Below, piece after piece: positions 37,047 to 49,005 of a stretch of 64,000 nucleotides of DNA; the stretch's first letter is position 1, and each line of letters begins with the position of its first letter. The notes beneath the pieces are model-generated. The model was given only the letters and a program-made list of their open reading frames with translations. It had not been told where the DNA came from and did not search any database. Source of the stretch: Octopus vulgaris. Its lineage: Eukaryota. The position numbers were made by a program, and so were the translations under genes. The stretch is from NCBI GenBank assembly GCA_951406725.2, contig OX597816.1, positions 8,494,001 through 8,558,000 on the forward strand, read 5' to 3'.

Positions 37047-39884
37047 TCTTGTGTACGTGTGTGAATATACGTATATGAATATATGTCTGTGTGTGGAACT
37101 GTGTTGGGGCCATTGCTATTTATGGTGGCTCTATTAGACATGCCCTCAATTATACAAAGAATCACTCTCATCAGTTCTGTTGATCACTAGTTCTATTCAT
37201 CATCATCATTTAACGTCCGTTGTCCAAGCTGGCATGGGTTGGACAGTTTGACCAGGGTTGGTAAGCTGGAAGGCTACACCAGACTCCAGTCTGATTTGGC
37301 ATAGTTTTCTACGGCTGGATGCCCTTCCTAACGCCAACCCCTCCAAGAGTGTAATGGGTGCTTTTACGTGGGTGCCATTTGTGTGACACTGGTATCGTCC
37401 ACGACTGCGATATTGCTTGGCTTGATGGGTTTTCTTCACAAGCACGACATAATGCCAAAGGTCTCGGTCATTGCCTCTGTGAAGCCCAACACTTGAAAGG
37501 AATGTTGATGATACAAAAGAATTTCAGGCAATAAAGGACAGTGGTTTGATCATAAAATAAGTAGCATATTTGAGCTGGGTACGGCTGGTTTAAATGCTGA
37601 AGGGTTAAACTGGAAGTGTGGCTGGAAACATTAAAACTGTACTTCTTGGAGAGAAGACAAGAAGGAAATGCAGTGATCTGTGTACATGGAAGATCCTTGG
37701 GCAAGTATCTTCTACTATAGCCTCAGGCCGACCAAACCTTTTTGAGTGGATTTGGTAGACGGAAACTGAAAGAAGCCCGTCGTATATATGTATATATATA
37801 TGTGTGTGTGTGTCTGTGTTTGTCCCCCTAACATCGCTTGACAACCGATGCTGGTGTGTTTATGTCCCTGTAACTTAACGGTTCGGCAAAAGAGACCAAT
37901 AGAATAAGAATAAGTCCTGGGGTTGATTTTCTCGACTAAAGGTGGTGCTCCAGCATGGCTGCAGTCAAATGACTGAAACAAGTAAAAGAGTAAAGAGTAT
38001 ACACATATAAACAGAGAAAGGGAGAGAGCTGGAGAGGAGGAGAATGAGAGAAATGCTAAAATGATCTGATGTCAAATATATCATCATCATCATCGTTTAA
38101 CGTCCGTTTTCCGTGCTAGCACGGGTTGGATGGTTCAACCGGGGTCTGGGAAGCCAGGAGGCTGCACCAGGCTCCAGTCTGATCTGGCAGTGTTTCTACT
38201 GCTGGATGACCTTCCTAACGCCGACCACTCCATGAGTGTAGTGGGTGCTTTTTACATAACAGGGGAGGCTGGCAATGGCCACGATTGGTTGGTGCTTTTT
38301 ATGTGCCACCGACACAGAAGCCAGTCAAGGCGGCACTGGCATCGACCACGTTTGAATGGTGCTTTTTACGTGCCACCGGCACAGGTATCACAACTACAAT
38401 TTCCATTTGATATTTATTTTGATGTTGATGTACTTGACTCAATAGGTCTCAGCAATGCTAAATAGGCATTGGCAGAAAGTTTTGTGCTGTATTGCATTGA
38501 AAATCAGGACCACATCTGGCAACAGCTCAGGGTTCAAAGGTCCATGACTTTTCAGTATCTTGCTAAAGGAACTGAGAAATCTACATGGAGTGGATGTAAC
38601 TGTATTACAAGAGATCTGGATATTCTGTGTATTCTGTGTATCGGGATGAACCAACTTCATTATCTCGTTTATTTGGTTAGCTTGATGAGCTGAGAGTTGT
38701 AGTTTATCTGCTACGTGCCTTGGTGAAACTTTAATTGGATGTTGTGCACACTGCATACCCATACCTGGCCGTATTATGTCACCATAGATAACTCATTTGT
38801 CTGTTTGAATCATTGGTGTGGCCAGGATGGTCTGCTGATCTGATGACGTAGCGTTCTTCGTTTGCATCAGTTTGTGAATATGTAATTGTGTCGTATGATG
38901 CATAGCCACAGTCACAAGACTGGCACTGCAGGAGTGGCTGTGTGGTAAGAAGCTTGCCGAGGTTGACTTTGCCTTTCATCCTTTCGGGGTCGATAAATTA
39001 GGTACCAGTTATGCACTGGGGTCTATGTAATTGAATTAATCCCTTTGTCCTTGTTTGTCCCCTCTGTGTTTAGCCCCTTGTGGGTAGTAAAGAAATAGGT
39101 ATTTCGTCTGTCTTTACGTTCTGAGTTCAAATTCTGCCGAGGTCGACTTTGCCTTTCATCCTTTCGGGGTCGATAAATTAAATACCAGTTATGCACTGGG
39201 GTCGATATAATTGCCTTAATCCCTTTGTCTGTCCTTATTTGTCCCCTTCTATGTTTAGCCCCTTGTGGCCAATAAAAAAATAAGAAGCTTGCTTCCGAAC
39301 CACATGGTTCTGGGTTCAGTTCCACTGTGTGGCACCTTGGGCAAGTGCCTTCTAGTATAGACTTGGGCCTGACCAAAACCTTGTGAATGGATGTGGCAGA
39401 CAGAAACTGAAAGAATCCCATTGTGTTGTGTGTGTATGTGTGTTTATACACATGCACACACACACATATACACACACACACACATACATAGATATATAGG
39501 CACAGGAGTGGTTGTGTGGTAAGAAATTTGCTTCCCAACCACATGGTTCTGGGTTCAGTCCCACTGCATGACACCTTGGGCAACTGCCTTCTACTATATC
39601 CTTGGCCTGGCCAAAGCCTTGTGAGTGGATTTGGTAGATGGAAACTGTAAGAAGCCCATCATATGTATGTATGTATTTGGGTGTGTGTGTTTGTCCTCCT
39701 ACCATCACTTGACAACTGATGTTGGTGTGTTTACATCCCCATAACTTAGCGGTTGGCCAAAAGAGACTGTTAGAATAAGTATTAGGCTTACAAAGAATAA
39801 ATCCTGGGGTCAGTTTGTTTGACTAAAGGTGGTGCTCCAACATGGCCACAGTCAAATGACTGAAACAAGTAAAAGAGTGTGTGT

Positions 39885-40200
39885 GTGTGGCTTAGTGGTT
39901 AGGGTATTTAGCTCACAATTGTAATGCTGGGGGTTCAATTCTCAGCAGTGTGTTCCTTGAGCAAGACACTTTATTTTTCACATTGCACCATTCCACTCAG
40001 CTGGCAAAATTGAATTGTACCTGTGATTCAAAAGGGCCAACCTTGTCACACTCTGTGTCGTGCTGAATCTCCCTGAGAACTACATTAAGGGTATGCATGT
40101 CTGTGGAGTACTCAGCCACTTGCACACCAATTTCAGGAGCAGGCTGTTCCGATGATTGGATCTGCTGGAACTCTTGTTGTTGTAACCAAAGGATTGCCAG
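39885..40200 (+). mobile_element. tRNA-derived SINE family D (second copy ~54970-55250)
   Basis: TGGCTTAGTGG A box, GGTTCAATTC B box, CCTTGAGCAAGACAC core; body shared with the 54970 copy. Confidence 0.7.
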
Positions 40201-40481
40201 TAAATACACCTCTATATCTATATATATGTGTGTTTATATCTGAGTGCTATTTTCTCCCTTGTTTTGCACCCCTATTCTCAGATGTAAGTGAGAGGGAGAA
40301 CAGAACAGAGGGTGGTGGCTTTAGATAGGGTGTTGGGAGGTTAAAGTATTTGTTTCCAACCATTTATTTTTTTTACCCATGGACCTCTTTGATTCCTGTT
40401 CTACTCAGGTGGACCCTCATAGCCATTTGATACTTAAAAAAATCTTATTAGATTTTTATAATTAAACATTATAATAATAAT

Positions 40482-40851
40482 AATGATAATAATAATAATA
40501 ATTGTGTACAGTGCTCAGGTGCACTACAACTCATCTAAAGTGTATATATAATCAGGTGTAGTTTCGGCGGATTTCGGAAAGCATGAGGGCCTTAAAAGAT
40601 GCAGTGTCATGGCAGTCAACAACTGACACAGGCAGTTTATTCCATGCTTCAGCAACTCTGAGCGTGAAAAAATGTTTCCGAAAGTCATGGGAGCTGTATT
40701 GTTTTCTGACTTTGTAGGCATGTCCACGTGTGTTAGACACATGGAGATCAAAAAGGTGTTCAGTGTTGTTGTTGGTGAGGTGGTTGATAACTTTGTGGGT
40801 GTTTACCAAGTCCGTCGCCAAACGCCGGAGCTTCAGTGAATCCATGCCCAT
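40482..40851 (-). mobile_element. CR1-clade LINE 3' fragment
   Basis: SNTRGHAYKV...RKHFFTLRVAEAWNKLP..VV; (ATT)n tail. Confidence 0.8.
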
Positions 40852-41618
40852 TAGGAATTGTATAAAAAAATTGTTAAAATATTTTGAATATTAATGAAAA
40901 TGTGTAAACAAAATTTATTCCACACTGATATTATTACATGAGGAAGTGCTTCAAAATGGCCCTAATTCTAAAGCTGTTTTGATATATTTACTTGTACCTC
41001 CTGAATTTTTATGGTTTATATTCTCTTCATGAAATAATTTCATCAATTAGACATTCTGAATTTCAACTGCATGGAAAACTCTGTATTGGCTTACTTTGTG
41101 CTCTGTTAACTGAGTCTGTTAGAAGAGCTTTCTGTGATATTCACACAAATCTCTGAATTCATATCTTCATATATTTATATATATACATATTTTTAAACTT
41201 GTTTCAGTCATTTGACTGCAGACATGCTGGAGCACCGTCCTGAGGAGTTTTGGTCGAAAAATTGACTCCAGGATTTATTTTTAAGCCTAATACTTAATCT
41301 ATCAGTCTCTTTTGCTGAACTGCTAAGTTACGGGGATGTAAACACACCAACATCAGTTGTCTAGCAGTGATGGGACAAACATAGTCACAAAGACACACAT
41401 ATGCTTAGAAATATACATACATCATCATCATCATCATCATCGTTTAGCGTCCGTTTTCCATGCTAGCATGGGTTGGACGGTTCTACTGGGGTCTGTGAAG
41501 CCAGAAGGCTTCATCAGGCCCAGTCAAATCTGGCAGTGTTTCTACGGCTGGATGCCCTTCCTAACGCCAACCACTCCGTGAGTGTAGTGGGTGCTTTTTA
41601 CGTGCCACCCGCACAGGT

Positions 41619-41649
<31 letters not shown>

Positions 41650-41823
41650 AATGACGGGCTTCTTTCAGTTTTAACCTACCAAATCCACTCACAAGGCTTT
41701 AGTCAGCCTGAGACTATAGTAGAAGGCATTTGCCCAAGTTGTCATACAGTGGGAACAGAACCCAGAACCATGCGGTTGTGAAGCAAGCTGCTTACCACAC
41801 AGCCACGCCAATATATATATATA

Positions 41824-42419
41824 TCTTTATATATAAAAGTGAGGTTGTGTGCTGTCTGTCTCCTACGATTTAGATTCCTAACTACTCCCACATTTTGCGG
41901 TGCAGTTTAACCAAATTCAGGTATCTTATAGTCGTGATTCATATCGAGCCCTTCTGGGTATTAGCGCGCGTCTACGATGAATCTACGATTTTAAAAAGAA
42001 TTTACCATTTTTTTCCATTTTAATGCATTTTTTCGCTATTATATAAGGGAAGTAACTCTCTAAAAATGTCTACGATTAGTCAACGATTTAAAAAATTTAC
42101 CATAATTTTTTTCCATTTTAATGCACTTTTTCGCTATTATATAAGGGAAGTAACTCTCTAAAAATGTCTACGATTAGTCAACGATTTAAAAAAAAATTTA
42201 CCATAATTTTTTTCCATTTTAATGCACTTTTTCGCTATTATATAAGGGAAGTAACTCTCTAAAAATGTCTACGATGAGTCAACGATTTAAAAAAAATTTA
42301 CCATAATTTTTTTTCCATTTTTAATGCATTTTTTTGCTATTTTTTTACTATAACTCTCTAAAAATGCTTATATAGTTATTTCCCTTACAAAACCGAGCAA
42401 CGCCGGGCGATACTGCTAG
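41824..42419 (+). mobile_element. Non-autonomous Helitron with four ~100-bp internal repeats
   Basis: A|TCTTTATATATAAAA 5' end; GC-rich subterminal imperfect palindrome ccgagcaacgccggg then CTAG|T 3' end; repeats start 41971, 42069, 42167, 42268. Confidence 0.8.
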
Positions 42420-43117
42420 TATATATATATATATATATATATACACGATGGGTGTGGCTATATATACACACACACACACATTTATATACACACATGCTTG
42501 TATATTTGGTATGCATCCACACTAGCCCACCTGTTTGAAGGTGTCTATATTCTAATTAAAAAGTCTTGCTTCCAGGTTTAAAACTGGTTCTTATTCCATT
42601 TGTAAGATATTTAAAAAAAACAAAATAAAAAGAAACGAGAGCTCACACAGTTATATCGTTTTAAACCCAAATTCTAAATATTGATCTTTGTATGCAAATA
42701 GCCGTAAACAGAAGCATGTGACTCTTAGACATTTCTTTTGTCTGTAACCTGTTGAATTTTAAAATAGAAGTCAATTTAATCGTAGAATCGTTTTATGTTG
42801 CAACATCGGATAAAAACAACAAACAGTGAATTGCCAGAGTTTATATTTCACGTCGGTTGACTTTGGTCATTGTAAACTTTTAGTTGTTGAACTTTGAAAG
42901 CATCAAATTGCCTGACTTGTTATCGATCGATTAATAGCCGTGATAAGACTTCATGCCGCACACACTACAGAGATGTCAGAGCTGATGTTCCACTTGAAAT
43001 AAATTGATTAATTCCACAACAGTCTGCCAAAACATAATTACTAAATGACAACAGACGCTTGATAATAAATGGCTGTAATGATTGCAGAGTTAAATTGATA
43101 GTCACAATGTGCCATCT

Positions 43118-43843
43118 TTAATCCTTTTGTTACTGTATTTATTTTGAGATGCTCTGTGTTTCTTTCAATTCATTTGAAATATAACAAAATATAAGAATTT
43201 AGTAAAATAACTTAGTTATCATTCAGCTAGTGTCAGGAACATAAATTGTGATTAAGGTTTGGTGGAAGATTTTAATTCAAACCTTTTGAACACAAGACAT
43301 CTGTACTACAGAGCCAGAGGCGGCTTCAGCCAAGTTGGTAACGAAAGGGTTAAAAATATCATGGTGACTTTAACCCTTTTCTTCCTGTATTTATTTTGAG
43401 ATGCTCTGTGTTTCTTTCAATTAATTTTAAATATAACAAAGAATTTAGTAAAATAACTCCGTTATCATTAAGCTAGTGTTAGGAACATAAATTGTGACTA
43501 AGGTTGGGTGGAAGATTTTAATTCCAAACTTATGAAAACAAGACATTTGTACTCAGAACTAGAGGTGGTTTCAGCCAGGTTGGTAATGAAAGGGTTAAAA
43601 ATATCATGGTGACTTTAACCCTTTCGTTACCATATTTCTATTGAGATGCTCTGTATTTCTTTCAATTAATTTTAAATATAACAAAGAATTTAGTAAAATA
43701 ACTCAGTTATCATTAAGCTAGTGCTAGGAACATAAATTGTGACTAAGGTTGGGTGGAAGATTTTAATTCAAAACTTATGAAAACAAGACATTTGTACTCA
43801 GAACTAGAGGCGGTTTCAGCCAGGTTGGTAATGAAAGGGTTAA
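43118..43843. mobile_element. Tandem trimer of piggyBac-type MITE
   Basis: Three units, opposite orientation to 16717, joined twice by TTAA-aaatatcatggtgact-TTAA. Confidence 0.87.
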
Positions 43844-44524
43844 TCTACAGACATAATTCTTAGTTGTGTCATCTCAGTCAAGTAGCTAACTTACCTAGTC
43901 GTGCATTAAGTTAGTGATACAGTAGTTATATGTTGGCGCGGGGGAAGGCTGCCATAATATCCAAGAATGAGGTAAAATAATGGAGAAAAGTTATAAATAA
44001 AGTCTGTTTTTTTTTTACATGGAGGAAGTCAGTGCTTTTAGAGATGTTCCAGATTTTACTTTTAGCTTAGAAAATTGAAATGAAGTGCTGGAAGTTGTTG
44101 AATGTATGACTTAGGCTTGGCGCTGGTGGGAATAGTGACAGGTTGTGAGTTCTTTAAAAAATGACGGGGATGGGTTATAGATATATTTATTTATAGATGG
44201 CAAAGAGTAGGAGGGAGAACTGGAAAATAGGGTTTCAAAGAGAAAGGATTTACCAAAATGTTTAAAACTGATCGTGAATAGTGGGGGGAGGGAGGAGGAG
44301 GAAGTAAGACTGAAAGAAGGTGATGAGAGAGAAGTTGGAGTGAATACATCATCATCATCATCATCGTTAAATGTCCGCTTTCCATGCTAGCATGGGTTGG
44401 ACGGTTCAACTGGGGTCTGGGAAGCCCGAAGGCTGCACCAGGCCAGTCAGATCTGGCAGTGTTTCTACAGCTGGATGCCCTTCCTAACGCCAACCACTCT
44501 GTGAGTGTATTGGGTGCTTTTTAC

Positions 44525-45232
44525 GTGCCACCGGCACAGGGGCCAGACGAGGCTGGCGAATGGCCACGCTCGGATTGTGTTTTTTATGTGCCACCGACAC
44601 AGGTGCCAGACGAGGCTGGCGAACGACCACGCTCAGATGGTGTTTTTTATGTGCCACAGACACAGGCGAACGGCCATGCTCGGATGGTGTTTTTTATGTG
44701 CCACCGACACAGGTGCCAGACGAGGCTGGCGAACGGCATGCTCGGATGGTGTTTTTATGTGCCACCAACACAGGTGCCAGATGAGGCTGGCGAACGCCAC
44801 GCTCAGATGGTGTTTTTTATGTGCCACCGACACAGGTGCCAGACGAGGCTGGCGAACGGCCATGCTCGGATGGTGTTTTTTATGTGCCACCAACACAGGT
44901 GCCAGATGAGGCTGGCGAACGGCCACGCTCAGATGGTGTTTTTTATGTGCCACCGACACAGGTGCCAGATGAGGCTGACGAACGGCCATGCTCGGATGGT
45001 GTTTTTTATGTGCCACCAACACAGGTGCCAGATGAGGCTGGCGAACGGCCACGCTCGGATGGTGTTTTTTATGTGCCACCGACACAGGTGCCAGACGAGG
45101 CTGGCGAACGGCCACACTCAGATGGTGTTTTTTATGTGCCACGGACACAGGTGTCAGACGAGGCTGGCGAACGGCCACGCTTGGATAGTGTTTTTTACGT
45201 GCCACCAGCACAGAGGCCAGGCGAGGCTGGTA
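44525..45232. repeat. 63-bp minisatellite (~11.5 units) inside RTE 3'-end copy 44348-45232
   Basis: Unit gtgccaccgacacaggtgccagacgaggctggcgaacggccatgctcggatggtgttttttat. Confidence 0.92.
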
Positions 45233-45587
45233 CGGCTACAGAAATAGATTTTAACATCTACATAAGAGGCTTGAAAATTAAATGTCCTGAGATATTGACC
45301 AGTGAGATCATGGGTTCAAGTCTTCCTTCTGGCATTGTGATTCCAAGAATATTTGTTGCGTTTTGCCTAACCTAACTGGAAATTTTGTTGTGCTTTGGGT
45401 GGATCGTTATGCCAATAATAATAATAACACATGCACAGGTTCAATATCACTTTGTTATTGTAAATCATTTGGTTACGGCAAGTCATTGAAGAGGTCCTGA
45501 ATAGCAATAAAAGAACTTTGGCTAACAAACAAGCAATTGCTTGTTTAACCAGCTCATAAAACAGACAAGTGATTAATTTATTTGGTA

Positions 45588-46095
45588 TAATAATAATGAA
45601 ATTATTGTATATAGTGCTCAGGTGCACCACAACTTGTCCTAAGTGCGTATAAAGCACATGCAGTAATGTACAAATGTCTGGAAAGTGAACAGTGTACGAG
45701 TCAGATACATGCTTGCGTGTGTATGGAGGGGAGAAAATCAGGTGTAGTGTTGGCGAATCTCAGGAAGCATGGAAGTTTTGAAGGATGCAGTGCTCTGACA
45801 ACTAACAACTGATGCCGGCAGTTTGTTCCATGCTTCAGCAACTCTCAGCATGAAAAAATGTTTCCTAAAGTCATGGGAGCTGTGGCGTTTTCTGACTTTG
45901 TAAATATGTCCACGGGTGTTAGACGGGTGGAGTTTGAAAAGGTGCTCAGAGTTATTGTTTGTACGATGGTTGATAATTTTATGGGTGTCTGCCAAGTCAG
46001 CTGCCAGACGTTGGAGTATCCATGCTCAGAGAAGTAAGGCATTCAGAATATGGAAAATGCCTGATGGAGGGTATTCTCTTGGTTGCACGTTGCTG
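45588..46095 (-). mobile_element. CR1-clade LINE 3' fragment
   Basis: QRATKRIPS...SNTRGHIYKV...AWNKLPASVV. Confidence 0.8.
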
Positions 46096-46439
46096 ATATT
46101 TAACCAATTGACTAACAATAAAGAAGTGATATTGAACCAATGTGTGTGTTTTTATTAGTGTAATGATCCTCCCGAGACATAACAAGATTTGTTTCAACAC
46201 ACAAATTTGCATCAAAATTCTTGCAAACCAAATATAAAAACAAAATAACTAGAACATATTTATTAGAAAGACAGGAAATATAAGATTTCTAAAAGAAGAT
46301 ATATTTTTTTTTTTTTAAATTTCTTTACAAACATGGTTTTATAGGTTGGTGAGGTCAATTCACTTAATAGTTTGTTCTGTTAGAATATCAGTAGGTTGAG
46401 GGGAAATGGGTTAGGCTAACTCCTCAAGAGGTAACCTAA

Positions 46440-46847
46440 TCTCTTACTCTTTACTCTTTTACTTGTTTCAGTCATTTGACTGCGGCCATGCTGGAGCACT
46501 GCCTTTAATTGAGCAACTCGACCCCGGGACTTATTCTTTTTGTAAGCCCAGTACTTATTCTATCGGTCTCTTTTTGCCGAACCGGTAAGTGACGGGGACA
46601 TAAACACACCAGCATCGGTTGTCAAGCAATGCTAGGGGGACAAACACACACACGCATATATATATACATACATACATACATACGACAGGCTTCTTTCAGT
46701 TTCCGTCTACCAAATCCACTCACAAGGCTTTGGTTGGCCCAAGGCTATAGCTGAAGACACTTGCCCAAGGTGCCATGCAGTGGGACTGAACCCGGAACCA
46801 TGTGGTCGGTAAACAAGCTACTTACCAGACAGCCACTCCTGCGCCTA
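46440..46847 (-). mobile_element. SINE family B (further copies ~37695, 39500, 48555, 52015, 52822, 56580, 57640, 60432, 61348, 63885)
   Basis: Full-length match to the 24093 copy. Confidence 0.85.
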
Positions 46848-47084
46848 TTCAGAAACTATTTAAAATATTTGTGAAATAATGGAAAGTTATAACATGAATG
46901 CTTTATTTTCAAAACATAATGCATTATGGGGTTTTTATTTTATTCTTTATATATCAGAATGGTTACCCAGTGGTCTTATTTATTAAAATAAACTTAGTTT
47001 GCTGTAAAGTTTCTCTCTGGTAGTCATCAACATAAACAACATAAACCTTGTGAAAAGTAAGAGAAAGAGGTAATTTCTACTCTT

Positions 47085-47263
47085 CTCCTCTGGAAGCCAT
47101 CTACTCACAATACCAGAGGGCGCACACTCTCCTACCCTGATGTAATCTCCAGGGATACAGGCATCCAGCAACAGGACCTCCGTAATGCCATGATGGACCG
47201 TGAAGTCTGGCGTAGCATGGTAAATTCCATTGTCTCGACCACGGTCGAACAATGATGATGATG
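47085..47263 (+). mobile_element. 3' end of a second RTE-like family
   Basis: RGRTLSYPDVISRDTG...AMMDREVWRSMV...VEQ-stop running directly into (TGA)n. Confidence 0.6.
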
Positions 47264-47974
47264 AACATAAAGAAAAGTTGCAGAATATCTGTCACAACCC
47301 AAATAATGAAACAATGGATGTATAGTGAGGGTCCTGTTGCGTTTTGAACCATTGCCCTCAGGTTCCCTTGCTCAGAGCCATCACCTGCCATACTGCTATA
47401 AAAGACAAGGTCAGCTGTGAAAAATTGTGTCAACCCCTGTGCAAAAACATAGAATCTCTGTTGGGGTTGTAAATCAGCTGGCAAATTGAGCCCCAGGCAG
47501 GACCTCGCATGATCCCTATTGCTCTCCTCTGTGAGATGGTATCTTACTCTCTTTGATGTTTCCTTACAAAACTGCCACTCAGTTCATCAGAGATATTCTT
47601 ATTTTATCTACACTTTCTGCTAGAACATAGGCTCCCAAAGTGGGTGCTTGTGCCCCCTGGTGAGCATTGAGACAGTCCAGGTGGGCTCTGGTGCCTAAGG
47701 GAATGGTGGGGGTGGTAAAGGAAAAGGAGGCGTTGAGAGGAAGGCAGTGAATTGGGGGATGCTATGGATTTATTATAATATTATTATAGGTGCAGGAGTG
47801 GCTGTGTGGTAAGTAGCTTGCTTACCAACCACATGGTTCTGGGTTCAGTCCCACTGCATGGCACCTTGGTCATGTGTCTTCTACTATAGCCTCGGGCCGA
47901 CCTAAGCCTTGAGAGTGGATTTAGTGAGGGAAGAAATGGAGCTGAACGAAGATTTTACAAAATTCCTTTTTATT

Positions 47975-48060
47975 ATTTTCTACATATGTTTCAAAGGCTG
48001 CAAATTCCCTAATTCGGATTGAATAAGGAGACCATTTTGCAGCTTTCTCTTCAGGAAAAT
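47975..48060 (-). ncRNA. Type I hammerhead ribozyme, Penelope-like with palindromic stem III
   Basis: ATTTTC-CTGAAGA-GAAAGCTGCAAA...TTTGCAGCCTTT-GAAAC-ATAT-GTA-GAAAAT; full CUGANGA/GAAA/UH core, 6-bp stem I, 12-position stem II with one mismatch. Confidence 0.75.
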
Positions 48061-48214
48061 CCAGGAACTTAAATCTCCAAACAAATGCGCAGCAAGCTTT
48101 TCAACAAACGCTCTCTAGGAGCCCACTTAATTTCTTCTCAATAATTATGAACTTTGTATTACTATTTAACTTACTATTCAGTGGAAACTAGTAGTTATTC
48201 CAATCTATATCTCT

Positions 48215-49005
48215 TAACCATCTTATAAACAATAACTCTGAGCACCTTTTCAAACATATTTACAAAGTCAGAAAACAGCACAGCTCCTTCCATGACTTTC
48301 GGAAACGTTTTTTCACGCTGAGAGTTGCTGGAGCATGGAACAAACTGCCGGCATCAGTTGTTAGTTGTCGGAGCACTGCATCCTTCAAAACTTCCATGCT
48401 TCCTGAGATTCGCCAACACTACACCTGATTTTCTCCCCCCCATACACACATCAAGCATGTATCTGACTCATACACTGTTCACTTCCCAGGCATTTGTACA
48501 TTACTGCACATACTTTATACGCACTTTTGACAAGTTGTGGTGCACCTGAGCACTCTCTCTCTCTCTCTCTTACTCTTTTACATGTTTCAGTCATTTGACT
48601 GCGGCCATGCTGGAGCACCGCCTTTAGTCGAGCAACTCGACCCCGGGACTTATTCTTTGTAAGCCCAGTACTTATTCTATCGGTCTCTTTTGCCGAACCG
48701 CTTAGTGACGGGGACGTAAACACACCAGCATCGGTTGTCAAGCAATGCTAGGGGTACAAACACAGACACACAAACACATACACATACATATATATACATA
48801 TATATGACAGGCTTCTTTCAGTTTCCGTCTACCAAATCCACTCACAAGGCATTGGTCGGCATCGGGGCTATAGCAGAAGACACTTGCTCAAGATGCCACG
48901 CAGTGGGACTGAACCCGGAACCATGTGGTTGGTTAGCAAGCTACTTACCACATAGCCACTCCTGCGCCTACACTGTATACAATAATTTCATTATTATTAT
49001 TATTA
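48215..49005 (+). mobile_element. CR1 3' fragment interrupted by a SINE B (~48555-48969)
   Basis: CR1 tail gtgcacctgagcact...cactgtatacaataatttcattatt is split by the SINE. Confidence 0.75.

Noticed and set aside
44384-45375. Long repetitive ORFs (287, 192 and 184 aa) as genes, or a CRISPR-like array
   Set aside because: Product of a 63-bp tandem repeat in an RTE UTR; no unique spacers, no cas genes, eukaryotic context
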